Source: Psilocybe cubensis
Taxonomy: Eukaryota
DNA: 64,000 nucleotides
NCBI GenBank assembly: GCA_017499595.2
Contig: CM039000.1
Location: 434,001-498,000, forward strand
Direction: 5' to 3'
The notes under the pieces are model-generated. The model did not search any database and was not told the origin of the DNA. It saw only the letters and a program-made list of their open reading frames with translations. Shown here one piece after another: positions 51,190 to 62,700 of this stretch; within the stretch, counting starts at the first letter, position 1, and the number at the start of each line of letters is the position of its first letter. Made by a program: the position numbers and the translations under genes.

Positions 51190-51365
51190 TGTGATGATTC
51201 GTTCAATTACTAACTACTTATTTAGCATAGATACTCGTGACTGACTAGTAGATTAGATCATGGACACTCACGGGCACTCTAGATAGGTGTTGGAATCATT
51301 GTATTGGATTCGGGACTGATTATTTGGGCTGACATATTTGTATTCTGATTCAAGTAACTACGTAT
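51190..51365 (+). repeat. Gypsy 3' LTR, first 176 bp (interrupted by KDZ-3)
   Basis: Identical to 31990-32165, then switches abruptly to a KDZ terminus. Confidence 0.92.
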
Positions 51366-51696
51366 CAGTGTGAAATGCTACATTGTATCGTAACATAGGA
51401 TACAATGCCCACTACAATGTACCATATGATGGGGGTTTAATGAATTCATTGAAACCCTGAATCTAGTACTTTCAAAAAGGTAACTACATTGTGGTGTATC
51501 TTCTCGATTCATTGAATGTCTAACATTATACAAATATGTAGTATCTAATCATACCTTTGTTTGTTCACTAGTAAAATTGTTATGGGTAAGGATTTGAATG
51601 TTGCATTAAATAGGACTGGTATCGGAAACCTAATTTTTGCTAGTATTCCGACATCACTGTACTCGGATTGCATCCTGCGCTGGCATCAATAGAGGT

Positions 51697-52585
51697 ACGC
51701 GGCCTGCCGCGCGCGTCGCTTACAGGCTATGCGCACCAATGGGAAACGCGCGCATTGGACAGTTTCCGACCCGCCGCTGCCGCGCGCGGCACTGCGCACC
51801 AATTGAAAACCTGCGCATCTGCTAGATTTCCGACCCGCCGCTGCCGTGCGCGGCGCTTACACGCTATGCGCACCAATTGGAAACGCGCGCATCGGACAGT
51901 TTCCGACCCGCCGCTGCCGCGCGCGGCGCTTACACGCTATGCGCACCAATTGGAAACGCGCGCATTGGACAGTTTCCGACCCGCCGCTGCCACGCGCGGC
52001 GCGGCGCACCAATTGAAAACCTGCGCATCTGCTAGATTTCCGACCCGCCGCTGCCGTGCGCGGCGCTTACACGCTATGCGCACCAATTGGAAACGCGCGC
52101 ATCGGACAGTTTCCGACCCGCCACTGCCGCGCGCGGCGCTTACACGCTATGCGCACCAATTGGAAACGCGCGCATTGGACAGTTTCCGACCCGCCGCTGC
52201 CATGCGCGGCGCGGCGCACCAATTGAAAACCTGCGCATCTGCTAGATTTCCGACCGCGCGGCAGCGCTTACACGCTATGCGCACCAATTGGAAACGCGCG
52301 CATCGGAGAGTTTCCGACCCGCTGCTGCCGCGCGCGGCGCTTACACGCTATGCGCACCCATTGGAAACGCGCGCATCGGAGAGTTTCCGACCCGGCGTGC
52401 GGCGCTGCGCACCAATTGAAAACCTGCGCATCGGACAGTTACCGACCCGCCGCTGCCGCGCGCGGCGCTTACAGGCTATGCGCACCCATTGGAAACGCGC
52501 GCATCGGAGAGTTTCCGACCCGCCGCTGCCGCGCTCGGCGCTTACACGCTGTGCGCACCACTTGGAAATGCGCGCATCGGACCCG
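51697..52585. repeat. CpG-rich subterminal tandem array of KDZ-3 (64-73-bp monomers, 210-bp higher-order period)
   Basis: Monomer tttccgacccgccgctgccgcgcgcggcgcttacacgctatgcgcaccaattggaaacgcgcgcatcggacag; variant ctgcgcatctgctaga at 51811, 52021, 52231. Confidence 0.95.
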
Positions 52586-52920
52586 CTATCACATTCAACT
52601 TGTATTTAGTTCATTGTACTTCTAAATTATGTGATCTGTTCATTCTTATTTCACTTGATTTCATAGCATACATAGAAGACAAATGATATAATTTGATCAT
52701 ACAGACACAGTATGCTACTACTCAAACTTGAACATGTTAACATCTAAAAATTTATCAAAGTATGCAGGAGTGAATACCAAACCACTCTGTTCCAGTTCCG
52801 ACACAGCTAGCAACGGGGTAGTTTCAACATGTACATCGTTATGAATTCTAAGAATTTGTTGAGGATATAACAAAGTTACATACCACTCTCCGACTGGAAC
52901 TCGCTGCCACTACCCTCATC

Positions 52921-53208
52921 TAATGGAAAGTAAATCTCAGTACGATAGAAACGAACTGATATATTTAGTAGATACCTAATGGAAAGTAAATCTACGTTAA
53001 GAGTAAGTAAGATTGAATAGAACACAAGTAAGTTAGCTGGCACACACCTCAGTACGATAGAAACGAACTGAGGTGGTGCCACTCCTTCGAGAGAAATATA
53101 AACGAAAACTACGATGAATGTAACACCAACAAGTATGAATGTAACACGAATTATACATAGCCCAGACCGCCGTCACGAGGACGCGCCGGTCAGTTTGTCA
53201 ATCCAACA
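52921..53208 (-). repeat. Copia 3' LTR (288 bp)
   Basis: No differences seen versus 57888-58175. Confidence 0.95.
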
Positions 53209-53215
53209 CTCCCCC

Positions 53216-56200
53216 TCAAACTGCGGCGCGTAAACCCATCGCGTTCGCAAAGTGCTTCGCTTTCGCGCTCGGAAGAGCCTTCGTGAGAGTGTCGGCAGTT
53301 TGGTCATCGGTAGGGCAGTAAATCAACTTGATAGAGCCGGAGTCGATAATGTATCGAATAAAGTGGTAACGAATATCGATGTGCTTTGTGCGTGCGTGAT
53401 ATTGACCTCCGTGAGCGAGAGCGATGGCCGATTGATTGTCGCCGTAGAGTGTGGTGGGGTGTACTATCTTGATATCGAGTGCGCTAAAAATATCGTTAAC
53501 GAGGCTGCGTAACCACATGGCTTCCTTTGAGGCGTGGGTAGCGGCCACGTATTCGGCCTCGGCTGTCGACAGGGTGACCAACTCCTGCTTTTTCGACGAC
53601 CACGACACAGCTCCTCCATCCACCACGAACACGTACCCCGAAATCGCCCTCCTGTGGTCTTGCGACGCCCCATCTGCGTCTACGAAACCCACCATGTCCC
53701 TCTTCTCACCGCCATACGTCAACGCCAAGTCTCGGGTGCCCTTGAGGTACCGAAAAATCTTCTTCACCGCCTCCCAGTGAACCCACGCCGGGTTGTCAAC
53801 GAATTGCGCCACGGTATTTGTCGCAAACGTGATGTCGGGTCGCGTTCCCATTGACGCGTACATGAGCGAGCCCACTGCTTCACGATATGGTACGTTTTTC
53901 ATCCGTGCAATGTCTGCAAGAGCGGTCGGGCATTGTGACCTGGCAAGTGGCTGACACGGATCCATAGGGATAGCACTTGGTTTCAGGTCGTCGAAATTGA
54001 AGCGCGTCAAGATGGTGTCGATATACGCATCCTGGGAGATGGAGACGGTTTTATTGGCGGTGTCGCGAGTGATTTTGAAGCCGAGGAGCCATCTGCATTC
54101 ACCAAGGTCCGTAATCTTGTATTTCTTGTTGATTTCGACCTTAAACTGCGCAATTAGTGGCGTTGAACTCCCCGTTACCAGGCAATCGTCGACGTGTACC
54201 CCCACGATGACAATTTCGCCATCCACCACCTTCACAAACACACCTGGATCCGCCTCCAACACCCTAAACCCCAACTCCCCCATCGCCTTTTTCAACGCCT
54301 CATACCAATTCCTCGCACCCTGCTTCAACCCGTAGAGTGCCTTGTGAAGGCGATACACGTAGCGACGTGAGTCCGTTGCAAATCCGCGTGGCTGCTCGAG
54401 GTAAATGACTTCATCTTCATCCAGGTTCGAGTTCAAGAACGCGCTATCGAAGTCGATGCTTTTGAGCGGCCATCCATTGCGGTTAGCAAGTGCAATTAGG
54501 TATCGGAAGGTGGGCAGGCGTGCGACAGGTGCGAAGGTTTCCGTGTAGTCCACGCCATGGATCTGAGTGAATCCGCGTGCGACGAGACGAGCCTTGTACT
54601 TGTCAATCTCGCCTGCGGCATTCTTCTTGATGCGTAGGACCCATTTGCTGCCAACGACGTTAGCATTTGGTGGGCGTTCAACCATCTTCCATGTCCCGTT
54701 CGCCTCGAGTGATGCAAGCTCGGCTTTGATCGCGGCCTCCCATTTCGGCCAGTCGGATCTCCTTCTCGCTTCGTCGTATGTCGGGTTCAGCCCCTCAGCT
54801 GCATCCATTGCAGTTGCCATCGCAAAATCCATCGCCTCAACAATGTCCCATGCATCCGCCAACAGCCCTTCATCACCTGCACCCTCAACACTGGCCTCGC
54901 CTTCCTCGCCCTTCTCGGAAACCTCTGGGACAACCTGGAGACCGCGCGGGAACTGGCTTGCTGCAGGTAAGTTGCTAACTTTTGCAACTCCCTGCCGAAT
55001 GTCTCTGACGTACGCGCTCTCCTTTCGCAGCCGTGTACTTCGACGTAGCTCAGGTTCTGCTGTTGTAGGAGTGTTGGTGTCGGGTTTGGGAATGTTTGGG
55101 GACACGTAGCGCTTGGAATCATCCTCACGCTCGTCGTCTGACTCCCCCTCAAGCGGTGCGTGTTCCAGTACTACCTCATCTGGCATAAATCTGACACTTC
55201 GCTCAACTATCACAGATCTCTTCTCTGTGTAGTACACCCGGTGGCCGTGGCTTTCTTCATCAAACCCGACCCACTTTCCTTGCTTTGCTCGACCGTCCAG
55301 CTTCGAAGCGCTAGTATCATGCACCCACATGTCACAGCCCCATGGTGGAATGTTCGAAATGTCCGGCTTTTCACCCGTCAACACCTCGTATGGTGTTGCT
55401 TCCCCAAGCGCCTTTGTTGAGGTGCGGTTCTTCAGATAGACCGCATGATGCATTGCCTCACCCCACAAAAACTTTGGTAGGCCACTGTCGTGTCGCATTG
55501 CACGCACCTTGTCGAGGAGTGTGCGGTTGAGGCGTTCCGCAACGCCGTTGTATTCAGGGGTGTCATGTATGGTGAGTCTTCGAGTGGTGCCGGCCGCCTT
55601 GAGATGGGCTGAGAATTCATTACTTAGATATTCTCCCCCTCGGTCACTGTGGAGTTTCTTAATGGGGGCGTCAAACTGGGTCTTCAGCCAGGCTTCAAAC
55701 TCGCAGTAGTGCTGGAAGACCTCGTCCTTGGTGTGCATCAGGTAAATCTTTGTGTACCGAGTGTAGTCGTCTGTGAAGCTGACGAAGTAAGACTTATGGT
55801 TGATAGTCTCCACAGGTGCATCACCCCACACATCCGAATGGATCTCCTGGCCAAGTTCCGTGGCCTGCTCCTCCACCCGCTCTCTTGCTATTGGCTTACG
55901 ATGGGCCTTCCCCCACTCGCACGATGGGCAAAACGACGGCTTGCTGTCCTCATCAAGCTCGACTCCAGTTACCAGGCCCTTCTCAACGAGCTTCCGCGCT
56001 GCATCATGGCTGATGTGCCCCATCCGGCGGTGCAATTCATCGATGGTCAACACCTCGACAACCCGCCCAGCATATCCTGCTGCCTCCGGACGTGCCGTGA
56101 ACACACGGTAAAGTCCATTCTGCACCTCGATCTTCCCCAGCATCTCACGCGATCTGTTGTAGATCCGACAGAGTGCTCCTGAGAACACAATGGTGCCGCC

Positions 56201-57781
56201 CGCCTGTGCAATTCGGCTGATGGAGACCAGGGTAACCCCCATCTTTGGGGCATAAAGGACATCACGGAGCAACTGCTTTGTTGCAGGCCCATCGCCGTTA
56301 GGTATGTCAACATACATATCTCCCTTGCCAGTCGCAAAGAACTGACGTTTATCGGCAGCTGTGATAGGCTTTGGGTCGGTCTCAACGAAGTTAACGAAGC
56401 GATGTCGGTGTCCGGACATGTGGCGCGTAGCACCCGAGTCGTACAGATCCATGTCGACAAGGGTCTGCTTTTGAGTGAGGGTGGCAAATGTGAATGTGCT
56501 GTGGGCTTCATCTGTAGCAGTAAGGGACAGGACTGCTCGAGAGGTAGGTGCGTAAATTTCCTCCCATTCGTCATCGGAGTCATCATCGGAGTCTGACACA
56601 GATTGCAGACCCGGAAATTCCTCATCACTGTCCTCATCGCTGGAGTTGCTAACTGACTGGAGGGCTGGCATGCCTTCAGAGTCAGCATCGGAGATGGGAT
56701 CGTACTCGGAGCAGCTGGAGATGAGCTCGAGGATATCGGCGTCAGAAAGGGAGAATTCGGATGCGGAAGAACAGGTGAGTTCCTCCGACAAAACATTGAA
56801 TTCATCATCTGATGTGGTCATGGCCATCCAACCCTCCTCGTCCCCATCATCCTTCGCACTAGCCGCTGTCTCCTTCCCCTTCCCCTTGTTGCCTTCGCCT
56901 CCACTGCTCTCCTTGCCCTTCCCCTTGGACTTCGAGCTACTCGGGCCTTGCCCTGCCCTTCCGCCACCCTCTGCCCAGCACTCGGACTTGAAGTGCCCAC
57001 GCTTCTTGCAGTTGTGGCACTCGACATTCTTCTTCCACCCGCCCTTCCTCCCACGTGAACTTCCCGCATCTCCATGAAAGGCCGAGTTTTCTTCTCGCCT
57101 GCCGGTACCCTTCTGGCCCAGCGCACGACGGTCATACTCTTCGGTCACCGTGTGCATCAATTCCTCAGCGGATAAAGTTGTGCCAATGACGCTTGACGTG
57201 GCGTTTACGGCGGATATGTAGGGGTCGTAGGAAGGTGGGAGAGATCCCATGATGATTGCATAGAAGTCGTCATCAGATGGCGGCTGTCCCATGGCCGCCA
57301 AATCTTCGCGCATCAAGCGCAGCTTGTTGAAGTGTGCTCGCACATCTCCACGGTCCGGGCAGCGTTCCTGCTGTAGCCGGCGTCGCAAATCCACGGAGAC
57401 CATCCGTGATTTGTTTTCGAAGTCTCTTGCGAGAGCATCCCAGATATCGAAGGCGGTTCCTTTGCCTTGGATTTTCATAAAGTGTGAGTCCGAAATCGTT
57501 GCCGCAATCTGTTGCTTAACGATCGCCTCTCCTTGGTTCCAGGCCTTCAGCTCCTTTCGCCATTCCGCATCAAGAACTTCCTGCTCGGTGGTGAGCGGCT
57601 GATTCGGGACACGAGTGATGGGGTCCGGCGGAGCTACTGCGGTTCCGTCGACGTGCTCGAGTTTGCCACGCGCGTCAATGGACCATAGAAAGCGTTGCTT
57701 GTAGATCACCCAGTTCTTGCCCGCCTCGTCGAGCTTGGGGATCTTCATGAAGTCGTCGCTAAGTTTGGAAATGGAAGACAT
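53216..57781 (-). CDS. Copia Gag-Pol polyprotein (gag, PR, IN, RT, RNase H)
   Basis: CHNCKKRGHFKSEC, YDSGATRH, LHRRMGH..CPSC, SDVWG/SDRGGEY/NGVAERLN, YKARLVARG, ALYGLKQ, VHVDD, FVDAD, TKHIDIRYH; uninterrupted. Confidence 0.97.
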   Translation of the reverse strand: MSSISKLSDDFMKIPKLDEAGKNWVIYKQRFLWSIDARGKLEHVDGTAVAPPDPITRVPNQPLTTEQEVLDAEWRKELKAWNQGEAIVKQQIAATISDSHFMKIQGKGTAFDIWDALARDFENKSRMVSVDLRRRLQQERCPDRGDVRAHFNKLRLMREDLAAMGQPPSDDDFYAIIMGSLPPSYDPYISAVNATSSVIGTTLSAEELMHTVTEEYDRRALGQKGTGRREENSAFHGDAGSSRGRKGGWKKNVECHNCKKRGHFKSECWAEGGGRAGQGPSSSKSKGKGKESSGGEGNKGKGKETAASAKDDGDEEGWMAMTTSDDEFNVLSEELTCSSASEFSLSDADILELISSCSEYDPISDADSEGMPALQSVSNSSDEDSDEEFPGLQSVSDSDDDSDDEWEEIYAPTSRAVLSLTATDEAHSTFTFATLTQKQTLVDMDLYDSGATRHMSGHRHRFVNFVETDPKPITAADKRQFFATGKGDMYVDIPNGDGPATKQLLRDVLYAPKMGVTLVSISRIAQAGGTIVFSGALCRIYNRSREMLGKIEVQNGLYRVFTARPEAAGYAGRVVEVLTIDELHRRMGHISHDAARKLVEKGLVTGVELDEDSKPSFCPSCEWGKAHRKPIARERVEEQATELGQEIHSDVWGDAPVETINHKSYFVSFTDDYTRYTKIYLMHTKDEVFQHYCEFEAWLKTQFDAPIKKLHSDRGGEYLSNEFSAHLKAAGTTRRLTIHDTPEYNGVAERLNRTLLDKVRAMRHDSGLPKFLWGEAMHHAVYLKNRTSTKALGEATPYEVLTGEKPDISNIPPWGCDMWVHDTSASKLDGRAKQGKWVGFDEESHGHRVYYTEKRSVIVERSVRFMPDEVVLEHAPLEGESDDEREDDSKRYVSPNIPKPDTNTPTTAEPELRRSTRLRKESAYVRDIRQGVAKVSNLPAASQFPRGLQVVPEVSEKGEEGEASVEGAGDEGLLADAWDIVEAMDFAMATAMDAAEGLNPTYDEARRRSDWPKWEAAIKAELASLEANGTWKMVERPPNANVVGSKWVLRIKKNAAGEIDKYKARLVARGFTQIHGVDYTETFAPVARLPTFRYLIALANRNGWPLKSIDFDSAFLNSNLDEDEVIYLEQPRGFATDSRRYVYRLHKALYGLKQGARNWYEALKKAMGELGFRVLEADPGVFVKVVDGEIVIVGVHVDDCLVTGSSTPLIAQFKVEINKKYKITDLGECRWLLGFKITRDTANKTVSISQDAYIDTILTRFNFDDLKPSAIPMDPCQPLARSQCPTALADIARMKNVPYREAVGSLMYASMGTRPDITFATNTVAQFVDNPAWVHWEAVKKIFRYLKGTRDLALTYGGEKRDMVGFVDADGASQDHRRAISGYVFVVDGGAVSWSSKKQELVTLSTAEAEYVAATHASKEAMWLRSLVNDIFSALDIKIVHPTTLYGDNQSAIALAHGGQYHARTKHIDIRYHFIRYIIDSGSIKLIYCPTDDQTADTLTKALPSAKAKHFANAMGLRAAV

Positions 57782-57887
57782 GGTTGACAGTAGGAAGTGG
57801 AGAGTTTTCTCAGAGAGTAAATAGGTCACTGGTCGGTTGAGTAGAATGAATGCTGGATTGATTCAGTGTCTCTCGGGGCCCATAACC

Positions 57888-58175
57888 TAATGGAAAGTAA
57901 ATCTCAGTACGATAGAAACGAACTGATATATTTAGTAGATACCTAATGGAAAGTAAATCTACGTTAAGAGTAAGTAAGATTGAATAGAACACAAGTAAGT
58001 TAGCTGGCACACACCTCAGTACGATAGAAACGAACTGAGGTGGTGCCACTCCTTCGAGAGAAATATAAACGAAAACTACGATGAATGTAACACCAACAAG
58101 TATGAATGTAACACGAATTATACATAGCCCAGACCGCCGTCACGAGGACGCGCCGGTCAGTTTGTCAATCCAACA
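57888..58175 (-). repeat. Copia 5' LTR (288 bp)
   Basis: Reads TGTTGG...CCATTA on the minus strand, followed directly by the PBS. Confidence 0.95.
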
Positions 58176-59746
58176 TCATCTTCTGCAATATCTGACTGCC
58201 TTCCTGTTTCTTCGTCCAAAGTTCCGCCCAAGTTGTCATCCAACCCCGCATTTGTGCTGCTGTCATCGTCGAAAAGGCCTAATGCTGCATCCAAGCTGTC
58301 ATCCGACTCGGAACCAAAAAGGTTGTCGTTTGCGGCTTGGTTTATAATATCGTTATCCGATTCGGAGTCACTGGAGTTGCCATTACTGGAGACTGGATCC
58401 GCCGCTTCTGTAAAATCTTCAACGCTGGAAAGCGGGACCTGATCTGCAACTTCTGCAAAATCTCCGACACTGGAAGGCGGGCTCCCTTCGGTACCGTACT
58501 TGAAGTAGTCGGGTTGGGTGAATGTGGCGGAAGGCAATGTTTGGACGGCGGATATGGCTGCAGAATCAAAGGTGCCGACCTGAGACAAAGAGTCTTCAGT
58601 GGAATATTTAACCTTTTGCCCTTCCTTGAGATTTTTTGCGTATCCTGTATGTTCTTTCGGATTGCTGACCTCGGAAATGCTGAGGACATCTTTGATGGTA
58701 AGAGATTTCCCCCAAGTCCACTTGTCGGATGGGGGCGTCTGCTTTGAATTCATCAAATCGGCGGGTATTTCGGGTTTGCGGGTTTTGATGTTGTCGCGTC
58801 CATACGTTGCCGCACCCTCAATAGCAGCATCGTCAAGTTCCTGGCTAAGCTCGTAGAGCTTGAAAAATCCCATTGCACGTCGCGAAATACAAGCAACTTG
58901 GTTGGAGGCTACATCGGCAAGACATGTAGAGAAATTCTTGACACCTCTGAACTGAACAAGCAGATCATCAGAAAGATTACGGAATTTAGCACAACAACCA
59001 CAGTGTATGTCACCGGGTTTAGAGTCGGGAACAATCTGAGTCGGATAAATAAAGTTTGTCTGACCAGGGGCATCGGGAGGGGGATCAAGAGTAGACAGCT
59101 GCCCATGACGTATACCACTCGGCTCAGCGGGAGGCAGCGGTTTGGTGGAATCCTTTGCTTTGGGGAAACTTTTAGCATACTGTTCACCATGAAATTTCAC
59201 GATTTTCCCAATGGTAAGATGATTTAACATTCTTTCGGGACTTGGGGGGGTATTACGAGTCCACCAGTCATAAAGGTATTTTTTGACACCTTTCTCAAAA
59301 CCCTGGTCATTGTCATCCGCGGCCAAAGAGGGCAAAAGATCGGGGTGAAAGTCCATTGGAAACTCTTCGGGTAGACATGCAAAAAGAGATTCGGAAAGAA
59401 GGCGAAGGATGTATGGGATATCCAGCACCCAACCAACTGCATATGCTTGACCGACAACTGCCATAATGTAGTGCTATTGAGTACATGAGATTTATCAGTG
59501 ATAAGATGATGATCATTTCTGATAACACACCAATTCTTCCTGAAGGCAACGTTGCATCCATCCATGGTTGTCCAGACTGGCGTCGATGATATGAATTAAA
59601 GCCTCGCGAAGTCTAGAAGCACCACAATATATGATTCCTTGCGCCAAAACCTGCTCGGCCTTTTGGGACCCAACTTGGATGTCAAAGGGGTTGAACGGTC
59701 TGATCGTGATCAAGGGTTGGTCAAAAAATGACTCGGAGTCACTCAT
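58176..59746 (-). pseudogene. KDZ-3 WW/CxxC cargo gene, 3' end split by Copia (remainder at ~52876-52920)
   Basis: CGASRLRE..WMQRCLQEEL, GQAYAVG..LDIPYIL, WWTRNTPP, CGCC, RRAMGFFKLYE, KWTWG; removing the Copia gives ...IAEDEGSGSEFQSES. Confidence 0.75.
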
Positions 59747-59778
59747 GGTGGTTGCAGATTAAGGACAAAAATTTCAAA

Positions 59779-62700
59779 TTACAAAGGTTTGTAATGTTTA
59801 TTTACTGATCTAAAAGATCGATCTGATATCAAAGCCAAATGATGCCACATTTGCGCTTTGCGATGTGCATATGCTATTGCACCCGGCAAAATTGTCGGGT
59901 TATCCTTGATAGCCGACTTCCAGGTTGCACTCTTGTGTAAGAAATATGTCACGGTCCATTGCATCTCATACCTAACCAATGTACTCTCCTCCTTCCATCG
60001 TTGAAAGTGAGCTCTGGCTCTTAACCAATGTACTCTTTTAACTGAAAGGTTAATAGAAATTAGCGCTCAACAAAAATAGAATCAATATGAGAAATTAACT
60101 GACATTCAAGCACTGTTGCCGGATCAGCGTTATCGCCGAGAGAATTTGGATCGGCATTGTCGGGAGCGTCGGGATCCAGCACCCATCGGGGACCTAACCG
60201 TTGATTTACTGAGTACCATATCCATGACAAGCGGAAATTTGTCGATCCTGGTATGTTCGGGTTAAGAACAGCGGTACTTGATCGGACATCATCTTTGGTG
60301 AGGACCCGAAACTCCCGAAGAATATTGTTGTCGGCACCAAGTTGAACTAGGCAATCTCGACATCGTGAGTAGGCTTGTGCATGATGTGAAATGCGTTCCC
60401 TCAACTCCTTTGCTGCCGCTTGTCCTCGTGTACGCACACCTTTTCGTGGGCCCTTTCGTATGACATCGGAATACTGAAATGACCTCTCTGCAATAAGTTC
60501 TCGAATTTGATTCAGGTGTCCTCGAGCTTGTGAAATCCTAGCATGTATTTCAGATGGTGCATGAATGATGTCCACATTCCCATTAGAAGGTAGGAATATT
60601 GTTTGAAGGTCAATAGGCTCATACACTGCTGAACCCGATCCCGGCGCCAAAATGTCTTCCTCATCCTCCCAATCTATAAAGAGTTGTTCGGGTATTTCAT
60701 TCCCTTTGGAAGCTGTCGGAAGAACTCCCGCGTCATTTTGCAGAATGCTTAGTTGAGCCATTAATGCTTTTAAAGTTTCGCGTAGCTTTATTAATTTGTT
60801 ACGTTCTGCAAGCCGATCATGGTTAATAAGGCGTCGGGCTCTCATCCGAATGTCCAATCTGTGTGTATAACTATTAACACCATGATAAATAATCAAGACT
60901 GATTTAAACACATACTGTCTTTCTTCCACAACTACTGCAAATTGTATCCATGACTCAATCGGGTTTAGAGGTCGATGCGGAACTGCATCGGGAGTGACTG
61001 TGGAGGTTCCAGGCCTTTTTGCTGCATATATATCCATAACCTTTGGGTCCACCAACCTCTTGGACTCAGCTTCTTCAATTTGTTGTTTCCATAACTTTAC
61101 TGCATCGGGGTCAGCTCCTTGGGTTAAGTTTACAAATGCTACCCGATACTGCTCTTGTTTTTCTTCAGCCTCATCATGCCTACGACAGAGATATTTTGTG
61201 ATTCCAAGAGCCTTTTTGTGATTAGAGTCGGAAGCATGATCGTCTAGCAACTCTGCACGGTGCGCCAGAGTTGCTGTGCGGGCGGCGGGAGATATATGAT
61301 TCAAATCCGCCCATAGTGATTCCAAAATTTCTCCGCAGACGCAAGCGGCACCAGGAATGAAGGTTGGTGCATATCTAAAGAAACATTCATCTTTATGAGC
61401 ATGTACGTGAAACATGCCAATTGCCCGATCAACTTTGAGTCCTTTGGGGAGTAGATGCCCAATACGCTTGAGAAGATAAATGATATATTGACAGATTATG
61501 TCGTAGATAACCGCTAGGCCTTGGTCGGGATCAACACCTGTTGATTTTAATGCTGATAGAAGGGCAAAGTCGACATTCTTTTGTTGCTCTCCTTTAAAAA
61601 GATCGACAAGTGAATTGGGGGCGTAACATCCATGCCTTGCACAGGCAACCCCCACAATGCCTGTAACATCGCAGGATTTTGATGATAATAATGAATTTTG
61701 GATTGCCCGGAATGTGTTTTCACATGGTGCTCCCTGAAGAGGGTAGTTAGATATTCCACCTGTTATTTATCAAATACAAAGCTCTTACTGTCAATGCTTC
61801 AATGGCGGATTTCAAAAATTCACCATACTCCATTCGATCGGGTGTCATTCCACCACCTTCCGACAACCATATATCGCGGGATGGTTTTTTAGATCGGACA
61901 TGGTCTGCTTTGAAGTTTCCGTCCGCTACAAAAACACGCTTGTAGACCCAGCGATTGGGGTCATCTTTCCAGTTGGCACTCAAATTGACACCAGGCTGTG
62001 GACATGCTGGGCAGAAATTGGCTAGTTCTCCCCGCCCAACCGACAGTGCACTTTTGCCGTTATGGCCTCCGAATCCTGCCCATTTTAACTTTTTCATCCA
62101 TCTCCATAAGCGGGACATCCGTCGAAATTCATTATAAAGATTGACAACGGTATGCGGGGCAGTCGGATTGGTGACACGTCGCAATAGGGAGTAGAACTGG
62201 TAAGCAGAAGACTTGAGTTCTAAATTTGAGAGTCGAAAATAATCTAATAATTGTGCGGAAAATAGTGTGCGGATTTGCTGGAAACTTGTCGGTAGCAATC
62301 GGCATGCCATGAGATCTAAAGGAAGCTGCCCCGACCCATGGCAAACGCAAGATACCATAGCCAAATGATGAAGGCCATTAGTATGCACAACTCGCACATA
62401 GGAATTGTTTAACCCATCAGCAAAGGGGGCATTTCCAGTGAAGGTAGAGTTGGGATCCCGATTCCCGACCGTTGGTGGCGAAAGATATGCTGGCATGAAT
62501 CGGACATCGGAGTCGGCATCACCTACCTCTGCTTCATCATCACCATCTTCAAATCCCTCCAAATTTGATGGATCCTCCCGAAGCTGGTTGAGATACTCCT
62601 CAAACTGATCATCTGTAATGCCATCTGGATTTTGGGTATGTTCTGAGTCCTCCTTAGTATCATCCATAAAAATATCATTGTCATATCTTGAAGGATATGA

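Larger units (their letters stand above)
31990..51365 (+). mobile_element. Ty3/Gypsy chromovirus-type LTR retrotransposon, decayed, split by KDZ-2 and KDZ-3
   Basis: LTR copies start at 31990 and 51190; gag, PR, RT, RH, IN, chromodomain order; polypurine tract gagggggtac before the 3' LTR. Confidence 0.93.
52921..58175 (-). mobile_element. Intact Ty1/Copia LTR retrotransposon nested in KDZ-3
   Basis: 288-bp LTRs, TSD TCATC (52916-52920 / 58176-58180), PBS ggttatgggccc (57876-57887, minus strand), PPT agggggag (53209-53216), single ORF. Confidence 0.97.

Noticed and set aside
51697-52585. CRISPR-like array or 313-aa ORF (51668-52609)
   Set aside because: No unique spacers, no cas genes, eukaryotic context; the ORF is a by-product of a GC-rich tandem repeat.
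52857-52920. Copia LTR starting at TGTTGAGG (52857), which would give a canonical TG...CA
   Set aside because: Not shared with the other LTR; the TCATC TSD places the boundary at 52921 and this stretch encodes the tail of the interrupted KDZ-3 gene.
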